Part shown: piece after piece, positions 24,601 through 36,979 of the stretch
How positions within the stretch are numbered: position 1 is the first letter of the stretch
How the letters are laid out: the number at the start of each line of letters is the position of its first letter
Assembly: GCF_964355755.1 (NCBI RefSeq)
Contig: NW_027306097.1
Coordinates: 16,001-80,000 of the forward strand
Direction of reading: 5' to 3'
Length of the DNA: 64,000 nt
Origin: Antedon mediterranea
Taxonomy: Eukaryota; Animalia; Echinodermata
Notes under the pieces: model-generated
Database searches by the model: none
Seen by the model: the letters and a program-made list of their open reading frames with translations, nothing else
Told to the model about the DNA's origin: nothing
Made by a program: the position numbers and the translations under genes

Positions 24601-27600
24601 TTTTTTCGAAAATCACAAATTGGTCTAAAACGTCTCCAAATGCGATTTGAAGCTATTCTAAACACTTTGGTGTTTTTATGTTAACAATTTTTTTCGAAAA
24701 TCACAAAATGGTCTAAAACGTTTCCAAATGCGATTTGAAGCTATTCTAAGCACTTTCGTGTTTTTATGTTAACAATTTTTTTCGAAAATCACAAAATGGT
24801 CTAAAACGTCTCCAAATGCGATTTGAAGCTATTCTAAGCACTTTGGTGTTTTGTGTGAAAAAGTTTTGTCGAAATGCTCAAAATGGTCTAAAAAGTTTTT
24901 AAATACGATATTAAGCTATTTTGTGCTCTTTGATGTTTTTGTGTGAAAAGTGTTATCGAAATGCTCAAAATGGTCTAAAACGGATTATAATGTGATTTTA
25001 AGCACTTTGATGTTTTTGTGTAACCAAGTTTCATCGAAATGCATAAAATGGTCTAAAACGTCTCCAAATGCGATTTGAAGCTATTCTAAGTACTTTGGTG
25101 TTTTTATGTTAACAAGTTTTTTCGAAAATCACAAAATGGTCTAAAACGTCTCCAAATACGATTTGAAGCTATTGTAAGCACTTTGGTGTTTTTATGTTAA
25201 CAAGTTTTTTCAAAAATCACAAATTGGTCTAAAATGTCTCCAAATGCGATTTGAAGCACTTTGGTGTTTTTATGTTAACAAGTTTTTTCGAAAATCACAA
25301 AATGTTCTAAAACGTCTCCAAATGCGATTTGAAGCTATTCTAAACACTTTGGTATTTTTAGGTTAACAAGTTTTTTCGAAAATCACAAATTGGCCTAAAA
25401 CGGTCTCCAAATGCGATTTGAAGTTATTCTGTACACTTTGATGTTTTTATGTTAACAAGTTTTTTCGAAAATCACAAAATGGTCTAAAACGTCTCCAAAT
25501 GCGATTTGAAGCTATTCTAAGCACTTTGGTGTTTTGTGTGAAAAAGTTTTGTCGAAATGCTCAAAATGGTCTAAAACGTTTTTAAATACGATATTAAGCT
25601 ATTTTGTGCTCTTTGATGTTTTTGTGTGAAAAGTGTTATCGAAATGCTCAAAATGGTCTAAAATGGTTTATAATGTGATTTTAAGCACTTTGATGTTTTT
25701 GTGTAACCAAGTTTCATCGAAATGCACAAAATGGTCTAAAACGTCTCAAAATGCGATTTGAAGCTATTCTAAGCACATTGGTGTTTTTATGTTAACAAGT
25801 TTTTTCGAAAATCACAAAATGGTCTAAAACGTCTCCAAATACGATTTGAAGCTATTCTAAGCACTTTCATGTTTTTATGTTAACAAGTTTTTTCGAAAAT
25901 CACAAAATGGTCTAAAACGTTTCCAAATGCGATTTGAAGCTATTCTAAGCACTTTCGTGTTTTTATGTTAACAAGTTTTTTCGAAAATCACAAAATGGTC
26001 TAAAACGTCTCCAAATGCGATTTGAAGCTATTCTAAACCCTTTGGTGTTTTTATGTTGATAAGTTTTTTCGAAAATCACAAATTGGTCTAAAAGGTCTCC
26101 AAATGCGATTTGAAGCTATTCTAAACACTTTGGTGTTTTTATGTTAACAATTTTTTTCGAAAATCACAAAATGGTCTAAAACGTTTCCAAATGCGATTTG
26201 AAGCTATTCTAAGCACTTTCGTGTTTTTATGTTAACAAGTTTTTTCGAAAATCACTAAATGGTCTAAAACGTTTCCAAATGCGATTTGAAGCTATTCTAA
26301 GCACTTTCGTGTTTTTATGTTAACAAGTTTTTTCGAAAATCACAAAATGGTCTAAAACGTCTCCAAATGTGATTTGAAGCTATTCTAAGCACTTTGGTGT
26401 TTTTATGTTAACAAGTTTTTTCAAAAATCACAAAATGGTCTAAAACGTCTCCAAATGCGATTTGAAGCTATTCTAAGCACTTTGGTGTTTTGTGTGAAAA
26501 AGTTTTATCTAAATGCTCAAAATGGTCTAAAACATTTTTAAATACGATATTAAGCTATTTTGTGCTCTTTGATGTTTTTGTGTGAAAATTGTTATCGAAA
26601 TGCTCAAAATGGTCTAAAACGGTTTATAATGTGATTCTAAGCACTTATGGTCTAAAACGTCTCCAAATGTGATTTGAAGCTATTCTAAGCACTTTGGTGT
26701 TTTTATGTTAAAAAGTTTTTTCGAAAATCACAAAATGGTCTAAAACGTCTCCAAATGCGATTTGAAGCTATTCTAAGCACTTTGGTATTTTGTGTGAAAA
26801 AGTTTTGTCGAAATGCTCAAAATGGTCTAAAACGATTTATAATGTGATTTTAAGCACTTTGATGTTTTTGTGTAACCAAGTTTCATCGAAATGCACAAAA
26901 TGGTCTAAAACGTCTCCAAATGCGATTTGAAGCTATTCTAAGCACTTTGGTGTTTTGTGTGAAAAAAGTTTTGTCTAAAGGCTCAAAATGGTCTAAAACG
27001 TTTTTAAATACGATATTAAGCTATTTTGTGCTCTTTGATGTTTTTGTGTGAAAAGTGTTACCGAAATGCTCAAAATGGTCTAAAACGGTTTATAATGTGA
27101 TTTTAAGCACTTTGATGTTTTTGTGTAACCAAGTTTTTTCGAAAATCTCAAAATGGTCTAAAACGTCTCCAAATACGATTTGAAGCTATTCTAAGCACTT
27201 TGGTGTTTTTATGTTAACAAGTTTTTTCGAAAATCACAAAATGGTCTAAAACGTCTCCAAATGCGATTTGAAGCTATTCTAAGCACTTTGGTGTTTTTAT
27301 GTTAACAAGTTTTTTCAAAATCACAAAATGGCCTAAAACGTCTCCAAATGCGATTTGAAGCTATTCTAAACCCTTTGGTGTTTTTATGTTGATAAGTTTT
27401 TTCGAAAATCACAAATTGGTCTAAAACGTCTCCAAATGCGATTTGAAGCTATTCTAAACACTTTGGTGTTTTTATGTTAACAATTTTTTTTCGAAAATCA
27501 CAAAATGGTCTAAAACGTTTCCAAATGCGATTTGAAGCTATTCTAAGCACTTTCGTGTTTTTATGTTAACAAGTTTTTTCGAAAATCACAAAATGGTCTA

Positions 27601-28286
27601 AAACGTTTCCAAATGCGATTTGAAGCTATTCTAAGCACTTTCGTGTTTTTATGTTAACAAGTTTTTTCGAAAATCACAAAATGGTCTAAAACGTTTCCAA
27701 ATGCGATTTGAAGCTATTCTAAGCACTTTCGTGTTTTTATGTTAACAAGTTTTTTCGAAAATCACAAAATGGTCTAAAACGTCTCCAAATGTGATTTGAA
27801 GCTATTCTAAGCACTTTGGTGTTTTTATGTTAACAAGTTTTTTCAAAAATCACAAAATGGTCTAAAACGTCTCCAAATGCGATTTGAAGCTATTCTAAGC
27901 ACTTTGGTGTTTTGTGTGAAAAAGTTTTATCTAAATGCTCAAAATGGTCTAAAACATTTTTAAATACGATATTAAGCTATTTTGTGCTCTTTGATGTTTT
28001 TGTGTGAAAATTGTTATCGAAATGCTCAAAATGGTCTAAAACGGTTTATAATGTGATTCTAAGCACTTTGGTGTTTTTATGTTAACAATTTTTTTCGAAA
28101 ATCACAAAATGGTCTAAAACGTTTCCAAATGCGATTTGAAGCTATTCTAAGCACTTTCGTGTTTTTATGTTAACAAGTTTTTTCGAAAATCACAAAATGG
28201 TCTAAAACGTCTCCAAATGTGATTTGAAGCTATTCTAAGCACTTTGGTGTTTTTATGTTAAAAAGTTTTTTCGAAAATCACAAAAT

Positions 28287-29820
28287 GGTCTAAAACGTCT
28301 CCAAATGCGATTTGAAGCCCTTTGGTATTTTGTGTGAAAAAGTTTTGTCGAAATGCTCAAAATGGTCTAAAACGATTTATAATGTCATTTTAAGCACTTT
28401 GATGTTTTTGTGTAACCAAGTTTCATCGAAATGCACAAAATGGTCTAAAACGTCTCCAAATGCGATTTGAAGCTATTCTAAGCACTTTGGTGTTTTGTGT
28501 GAAAAAGTTTTGTCTAAATGCTCAAAAAATGGTCTAAAACGTTTTTAAATACGATATTAAGCTATTTTGTGCTCTTTGATGTTTTTGTGTGAAAAGTGTT
28601 ATCGAAATGCTCAAAATGGTCTAAAACGGTTTATAATGTGATTTTAAGCACGTTGATGTTTTTGTGTAATCAAGTTTCATCGAAATGCACAAATTGGTCT
28701 AAAACGTGTCCAAATGCGATTTGAAGCTATTCTAAGCACTTTGGTGTTTTGTGTGAAAAAGTTTTGTCGAAATGCTCAAAATGGTCTAAAACGTTTTTAA
28801 ATACGATATTAAGCTATTTTGTGCTCTTTGATGTTTTTGTGTGAAAAGTGTTATCGAAATGTTCAAAATGGTCTAAAACGGTTTATAATGTGATTTTAAG
28901 CACTTTGATGTTTTTGTGTAACCAAGTTTTTTCGAAAATCTCAAAATGGTCTAAAACGTCTCCAAATACGATTTGAAGCTATTCTAAGCACTTTGGTGTT
29001 TTTATGTTAACAAGTTTTTTCGAAAATCACAAAATGGTCTAAAACGTCTCCAAATGCGATTTGAAGCCCTTTGGTATTTTGTGTGAAAAAGTTTTGTCGA
29101 AATGCTCAAAATGGTCTAAAACGATTTATAATGTCATTTTAAGCACTTTGATGTTTTTGTGTAACCAAGTTTCATCGAAATGCACAAAATGGTCTAAAAC
29201 GTCTCCAAATGCGATTTGAAGCTATTCTAAGCACTTTGGTGTTTTGTGTGAAAAAGTTTTGTCTAAATGCTCAAAAAATGGTCTAAAACGTTTTTAAATA
29301 CGATATTAAGCTATTTTGTGCTCTTTGATGTTTTTGTGTGAAAAGTGTTATCGAAATGCTCAAAATGGTCTAAAACGGTTTATAATGTGATTTTAAGCAC
29401 GTTGATGTTTTTGTGTAATCAAGTTTCATCGAAATGCACAAATTGGTCTAAAACGTCTCCAAATGCGATTTGAAGCTATTCTAAGCACTTTGGTGTTTTG
29501 TGTGAAAAAGTTTTGTCGAAATGCTCAAAATGGTCTAAAACGTTTTTAAATACGATATTAAGCTATTTTGTGCTCTTTGATGTTTTTGTGTGAAAAGTGT
29601 TATCGAAATGTTCAAAATGGTCTAAAACGGTTTATAATGTGATTTTAAGCACTTTGATGTTTTTGTGTAACCAAGTTTTTTCGAAAATCTCAAAATGGTC
29701 TAAAACGTCTCCAAATACGATTTGAAGCTATTCTAAGCACTTTGGTGTTTTTATGTTAACAAGTTCTTTCGAAAATCACAAAATGGTCTAAAACGTCTCC
29801 AAATGCGATTTGAAGCTATT
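28287..29820 (+). repeat. 749-bp (9-monomer) tandem duplication
   Basis: The marker TTGAAGCCCTTTGGTATTTT is at 28312 and 29061. Monomer lengths 77+78+89+87+78+87+87+78+88 sum to 749. Confidence 0.85.
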
Positions 29821-29879
29821 CTAAGCACTTTGGTGTTTTTATGTTAAGTTTTTTCAAAATCACAAAATGGTCTAAACCG

Positions 29880-32800
29880 TCTCCAAATGCGATTTGAAGC
29901 TATTCTAAGCACTTTGGTGTTTTGTGTGAAAAAGTTTTATCTAAATGCTCAAAATGGTCTAAAACATTTATAAATACGATATTAAGCTATTTTGTGCTCT
30001 TTGATGTTTTTGTGTGAAAATTGTTATCGAAATGCTCAAAATGGTCTAAAACGGTTTATAATGTGATTCTAAGCACATTGGTGTTTTTATGTTAACAATC
30101 TTTTTCGAAAATCACAAAATGGTCTAAAACGTTTCCAAATGCGATTTGAAGCTATTCTAAGCACTTTCGTGTTTTTATGTTAACAAGTTTTTTCAATAAT
30201 CACAAAATGGTCTACAACGTCTCCAAATGTGATTTGAAGCTATTCTAAGCACTTTCGTGTTTTTATGTTAACAAGTTTTTTCAAAAATCACAAAATGGTC
30301 TAAAACATCTCCAAATGTGATTTGAAGCTATTCTAAGCACTTTGGTGTTTTTATGTTAACAAGTTTTTTCAAAAATCACAAAATGGTCTAAAACGTCTCC
30401 AAATGCGATTTGAAGCTATTCTAAGCACTTTGGTGTTTTGTGTGAAAAAGTTTTATCTAAATGCTCAAAATGGTCTAAAACATTTTTAAATACGATATTA
30501 AGCTATTTTGTGCTCTTTGATGTTTTTGTGTGAAAATTGTTATCGAAATGCTCAAAATGGTCTAAAACGGTTTATAATGTGATTCTAAGCACTTATGGTC
30601 TAAAACGTCTCCAAATGTGATTTGAAGCTATTCTAAGCACTTTGGTGTTTTTATGTTAAAAAGTTTTTTCGAAAATCACAAAATGGTCTAAAACGTTTCC
30701 AAATGCGATTTGAAGCTATTCTAAGCACTTTCGTGTTTTTATGTTAACAATTTTTTTCGAAAATCACAAAATGGTCTAAAACGTTTCCAAATGCGATTTG
30801 AAGCTATTCTAAGCACTTTCGTGTTTTTATGTTAACAAGTTTTTTCAAAAATCACAAAATGGTCTAAAACATCTCCAAATGTGATTTGAAGCTATTCTAA
30901 GCACTTTGGTGTTTTTATGTTAACAAGTTTTTTCAAAAATCACAAAATGGTCTAAAACGTCTCCAAATGCGATTTGAAGCTATTCTAAGCACTTTGGTGT
31001 TTTGTGTGAAAAAGTTTTATCTAAATAAATGCTCAAAATGGTCTAAAACATTTTTAAATACGATATTAAGCTATTTTGTGCTCTTTGATGTTTTTGTGTG
31101 AAAATTGTTATCGAAATGCTCAAAATGGTCTAAAACGGTTTATAATGTGATTCTAAGCACTTATGGTCTAAAACGTCTCCAAATGTGATTTGAAGCTATT
31201 CTAAGCACTTTGGTGTTTTTATGTTAAAAAGTTTTTTCGAAAATCACAAAATGGTCTAAAACGTCTCCAAATGCGATTTGAAGCTATTCTAAGCACTTTG
31301 GTATTTTGTGTGAAAAAGTTTTGTCGAAATGCTCAAAATGGTCTAAAACGATTTATAATGTGATTTTAAGCACTTTGATGTTTTTGTGTAACCAAGTTTC
31401 ATCGAAATGCACAAAATGGTCTAAAACGTCTCCAAATGCGATTTGAAGCTATTCTAAGCACTTTGGTGTTTTGTGTGAAAAAGTTTTATCTAAATGCTCA
31501 AAATGGTCTAAAACATTTATAAATACGATATTAAGCTATTTTGTGCTCTTTGATGTTTTTGTGTGAAAATTGTTATCGAAATGCTCAAAATGGTCTAAAA
31601 CGGTTTATAATGTGATTCTAAGCACATTGGTGTTTTTATGTTAACAATCTTTTTCGAAAATCACAAAATGGTCTAAAACGTTTCCAAATGCGATTTGAAG
31701 CTATTCTAAGCACTTTCGTGTTTTTATGTTAACAAGTTTTTTCAATAATCACAAAATGGTCTACAACGTCTCCAAATGTGATTTGAAGCTATTCTAAGCA
31801 CTTTCGTGTTTTTATGTTAACAAGTTTTTTCAAAAATCACAAAATGGTCTAAAACATCTCCAAATGTGATTTGAAGCTATTCTAAGCACTTTGGTGTTTT
31901 TATGTTAACAAGTTTTTTCAAAAATCACAAAATGGTCTAAAACGTCTCCAAATGCGATTTGAAGCTATTCTAAGCACTTTGGTGTTTTGTGTGAAAAAGT
32001 TTTATCTAAATGCTCAAAATGGTCTAAAACATTTTTAAATACGATATTAAGCTATTTTGTGCTCTTTGATGTTTTTGTGTGAAAATTGTTATCGAAATGC
32101 TCAAAATGGTCTAAAACGGTTTATAATGTGATTCTAAGCACTTATGGTCTAAAACGTCTCCAAATGTGATTTGAAGCTATTCTAAGCACTTTGGTGTTTT
32201 TATGTTAAAAAGTTTTTTCGAAAATCACAAAATGGTCTAAAACGTTTCCAAATGCGATTTGAAGCTATTCTAAGCACTTTCGTGTTTTTATGTTAACAAT
32301 TTTTTTCGAAAATCACAAAATGGTCTAAAACGTTTCCAAATGCGATTTGAAGCTATTCTAAGCACTTTCGTGTTTTTATGTTAACAAGTTTTTTCAAAAA
32401 TCACAAAATGGTCTAAAACATCTCCAAATGTGATTTGAAGCTATTCTAAGCACTTTGGTGTTTTTATGTTAACAAGTTTTTTCAAAAATCACAAAATGGT
32501 CTAAAACGTCTCCAAATGCGATTTGAAGCTATTCTAAGCACTTTGGTGTTTTGTGTGAAAAAGTTTTATCTAAATGCTCAAAATGGTCTAAAACATTTTT
32601 AAATACGATATTAAGCTATTTTGTGCTCTTTGATGTTTTTGTGTGAAAATTGTTATCGAAATGCTCAAAATGGTCTAAAACGGTTTATAATGTGATTCTA
32701 AGCACTTATGGTCTAAAACGTCTCCAAATGTGATTTGAAGCTATTCTAAGCACTTTGGTGTTTTTATGTTAAAAAGTTTTTTCGAAAATCACAAAATGGT

Positions 32801-33020
32801 CTAAAACGTCTCCAAATGCGATTTGAAGCTATTCTAAGCACTTTGGTATTTTGTGTGAAAAAGTTTTGTCGAAATGCTCAAAATGGTCTAAAACGATTTA
32901 TAATGTGATTTTAAGCACTTTGATGTTTTTGTGTAACCAAGTTTCATCGAAATGCACAAAATGGTCTAAAACGTCTCCAAATGCGATTTGAAGCTATTCT
33001 AAGCACTTTGGTGTTTTGTG
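29880..33020 (+). repeat. About 1549-bp tandem duplication
   Basis: The rare variant TTTCAATAATCAC is at 30191 and 31740. The 38-bp monomer junctions pair as 30597/32146 and 31165/32710; the offset falls to 1545 after a 4-bp insertion near 31025. Confidence 0.87.
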
Positions 33021-33614
33021 TGAAAAAGTTTTGTCTAAATGCTCAAAATGGTCTAAAACGTTTTTAAATACGATATTAAGCTATTTTGTGCTCTTTGATG
33101 TTTTTGTGTGAAAAGTGTTACCGAAATGCTAAAGATGGTCTAAAACGGTTTATAATGTGATTTTAAGCACTTTGATGTTTTTGTGTAACCAATTTTTTTC
33201 GAAAATCTCAAAATGGTCTAAAACGTCTCCAAATACGATTTGAAGCTATTCTAAGCACTTTGGTGTTTTTATGTTAACAAGTTTTTTCGAAAATCACAAA
33301 ATGGTCTAAAACGTCTCCAAATGCGATTTGAAGCTATTCTAAGCACTTTGGTGTTTTTATGTTAACAAGTTTTTTCAAAATCACAAAATGGTCTAAAACT
33401 TCTCCAAATGCGATTTGAAGCTATTCTAAACCCTTTGGTGTTTTTATGTTGATAAGTTTTTTCGAAAATCACAAATTGGTCTAAAACGTCTCCAAATGCG
33501 ATTTGAAGCTATTCTAAACACTTTGGTGTTTTTATGTTAACAATTTTTTTCGAAAATCACAAAATGGTCTAAAACGTTTCCAAATGCGATTTGAAGCTAT
33601 TCTAAGCACTTTCG

Positions 33615-36600
33615 TGTTTTTATGTTAACAATTTTTTTCGAAAATCACAAAATGGTCTAAAACGTCTCCAAATGCGATTTGAAGCTATTCTAAGCACTTT
33701 GGTGTTTTGTGTGAAAAAGTTTTGTCGAAATGCTCAAAATGGTCTAAAAAGTTTTTAAATACGATATTAAGCTATTTTGTGCTCTTTGATGTTTTTGTGT
33801 GAAAAGTGTTATCGAAATGCTCAAAATGGTCTAAAACGGATTATAATGTGATTTTAAGCACTTTGATGTTTTTGTGTAACCAAGTTTCATCGAAATGCAT
33901 AAAATGGTCTAAAACGTCTCCAAATGCGATTTGAAGCTATTCTAAGTACTTTGGTGTTTTTATGTTAACAAGTTTTTTCGAAAATCACAAAATGGTCTAA
34001 AACGTCTCCAAATACGATTTGAAGCTATTGTAAGCACTTTGGTGTTTTTATGTTAACAAGTTTTTTCAAAAATCACAAATTGGTCTAAAATGTCTCAAAT
34101 GCGATTTGAAGCACTTTGGTGTTTTTATGTTAACAAGTTTTTTCGAAAATCACAAAATGGTCTAAAACGTCTCCAAATGCGATTTGAAGCTATTCTAAAC
34201 ACTTTGGTGTTTTGTGTGAAAAAGTTTTGTCTAAATGCTCAAAATGGTCTAAAACGTTTTTAAATACGATATTAAGCTATTTTGTGCTCTTTGATGTTTT
34301 TGTGTGAAAAGTGTTATCGAAATGCTCAAAATGGTCTAAAACGGATTATAATGTGATTTTAAGCACATTGATGTTTTTGTGTAACCAAGTTTCATCGAAA
34401 TGCATAAAATGGTCTAAAACGTCTCCAAATTCGATTTGAAGCTATTCTAAGTACTTTGGTGTTTTTATGTTAACAAGTTTTTTCGAAAATCACAAAATGG
34501 TCTAAAACGTCTCCAAATACGATTTGAAGCTATTGTATGCACTTTGGTGTTTTTATGTTAACAAGTTTTTTCAAAAATCACAAATTGGTCTAAAATGTCT
34601 CCAAATGCGATTTGAAGCACTTTGGTGTTTTTATGTTAACAAGTTTTTTCGAAAATCACAAAATGGTCTAAAACGTCTCCAAATGCGATTTGAAGCTATT
34701 CTAAACACTTTGGTATTTTTAGGTTAACAAGTTTTTTCGAAAATCACAAATTGGCCTAAAACGGTCTCCAAATGCGATTTGAAGTTATTCTGTACACTTT
34801 GATGTTTTTATGTTAACAAGTTTTTTCGAAAATCACAAAATGGTCTAAAACGTCTCCAAATGCGATTTGAAGCTATTCTAAGCACTTTGGTGTTTTGTGT
34901 GAAAAAGTTTTGTCGAAATGCTCAAAATGGTCTAAAACGTTTTTAAATACGATATTAAGCTATTTTGTGCTCTTTGATGTTTTTGTGTGAAAAGTGTTAT
35001 CGAAATGCTCAAAATGGTCTAAAATGGTTTATAATGTGATTTTAAGCACTTTGATGTTTTTGTGTAACCAAGTTTCATCGAAATGCACAAAATGGTCTAA
35101 AACGTCTCAAAATGCGATTTGAAGCTTTTCTAAGCACATTGGTGTTTTTATGTTAACAAGTTTTTTCGAAAATCACAAAATGGTCTAAAACGTCTCCAAA
35201 TACGATTTGAAGCTATTCTAAGCACTTTCATGTTTTTATGTTAACAAGTTTTTTCGAAAATCACAAAATGGTCTAAAACGTTTCCAAATGCGATTTGAAG
35301 CTATTCTAAGCACTTTCGTGTTTTTATGTTAACAAGTTTTTTCGAAAATCACAAAATGGTCTAAAACCTCTCCAAATGTGATTTGAAGCTATTCTAAGCA
35401 CTTTGGTGTTTTTATGTTAACAAGTTTTTTCAAAAATCACAAAATGGTCTAAAACGTCTCCAAATGCGATTTGAAGCTATTCTAAGCACTTTGGTGTTTT
35501 GTGTGAAAAAGTTTTATCTAAATGCTCAAAATGGTCTAAAACATTTTTAAATACGATATTAAGCTATTTTGTGCTCTTTGATGTTTTTGTGTGAAAATTG
35601 TTATCGAAATGCTCAAAATGGTCTAAAACGGTTTATAATGTGATTCTAAGCACTTATGGTCTAAAACGTCTCCAAATGTGATTTGAAGCTATTCTAAGCA
35701 CTTTGGTGTTTTTATGTTAACAAGTTTTTTCGAAAATCACAAAATGGTCTAAAACGTCTCCAAATGCGATTTGAAGCTATTCTAAACACTTTGGTATTTT
35801 TAGGTTAACAAGTTTTTTCGAAAATCACAAATTGGCCTAAAACGGTCTCCAAATGCGATTTGAAGCTATTCTGTACACTTTGATGTTTTTATGTTAACAA
35901 TTTTTTTCGAAAATCACAAAATGGTCTAAAACGTCTCCAAATGCGATTTGAAGCTATTCTAAGCACTTTGGTGTTTTGTGTGAAAAAGTTTTGTCGAAAT
36001 GCTCAAAATGGTCTAAAAAGTTTTTAAATACGATATTAAGCTATTTTGTGCTCTTTGATGTTTTTGTGTGAAAAGTGTTATCGAAATGCTCAAAATGGTC
36101 TAAAACGGATTATAATGTGATTTTAAGCACTTTGATGTTTTTGTGTAACCAAGTTTCATCGAAATGCATAAAATGGTCTAAAACGTCTCCAAATGCGATT
36201 TGAAACTATTCTAAGTACTTTGGTGTTTTTATGTTATCAAGTTTTTTCGAAAATCACAAAATGGTCTAAAACGTCTCCAAATACGATTTGAAGCTATTGT
36301 AAGCACTTTGGTGTTTTTATGTTAACAAGTTTTTTCAAAAATCACAAATTGGTCTAAAATGTCTCAAATGCGATTTGAAGCACTTTGGTGTTTTTATGTT
36401 AACAAGTTTTTTCGAAAATCACAAAATGGTCTAAAACGTCTCCAAATGCGATTTGAAGCTATTCTAAACACTTTGGTGTTTTGTGTGAAAAAGTTTTGTC
36501 TAAATGCTCAAAATGGTCTAAAACGTTTTTAAATACGATATTAAGCTATTTTGTGCTCTTTGATGTTTTTGTGTGAAAAGTGTTATCGAAATGCTCAAAA

Positions 36601-36973
36601 TGGTCTAAAACGGATTATAATGTGATTTTAAGCACATTGATGTTTTTGTGTAACCAAGTTTCATCGAAATGCATAAAATGGTCTAAAACGTCTCCAAATG
36701 CGATTTGAAGCTATTCTAAGTACTTTGGTGTTTTTATGTTAACAAGTTTTTTCGAAAATCACAAAATGGTCTAAAACGTCTCCAAATACGATTTGAAGCT
36801 ATTGTAAGCACTTTGGTGTTTTTATGTTAACAAGTTTTTTCAAAAATCACAAATTGGTCTAAAATGTCTCCAAATGCGATTTGAAGCACTTTGGTGTTTT
36901 TATGTTAACAAGTTTTTTCGAAAATCACAAAATGGTCTAAAACGTCTCCAAATGCGATTTGAAGCTATTCTAA
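33615..36973 (+). repeat. About 3.36-kb block duplicated 20,625 bp downstream (about 54240-57598)
   Basis: Identical 67-aa ORFs at 34524/55149. Rare variants match at 34431/55056, 35361/55986, 35658/56283 and 36231/56856. Confidence 0.92.
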
Positions 36974-36979
36974 GCACTT

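Noticed and set aside
25355-25362. TTTTTAGG resembling telomeric TTAGG or TTTAGGG
   Set aside because: It is a single substitution of TTTTTATG, never occurs in tandem, and spreads only with its monomer.
34524-34727. 67-aa ORF, with an identical copy at 55149-55352
   Set aside because: It starts at TTG and is just satellite translation, opened by a TAA-to-TAT change and an adjacent 10-bp deletion. The peptide is internally repetitive and matches no domain I recognise. The second copy is identical because of the 20,625-bp offset duplication.
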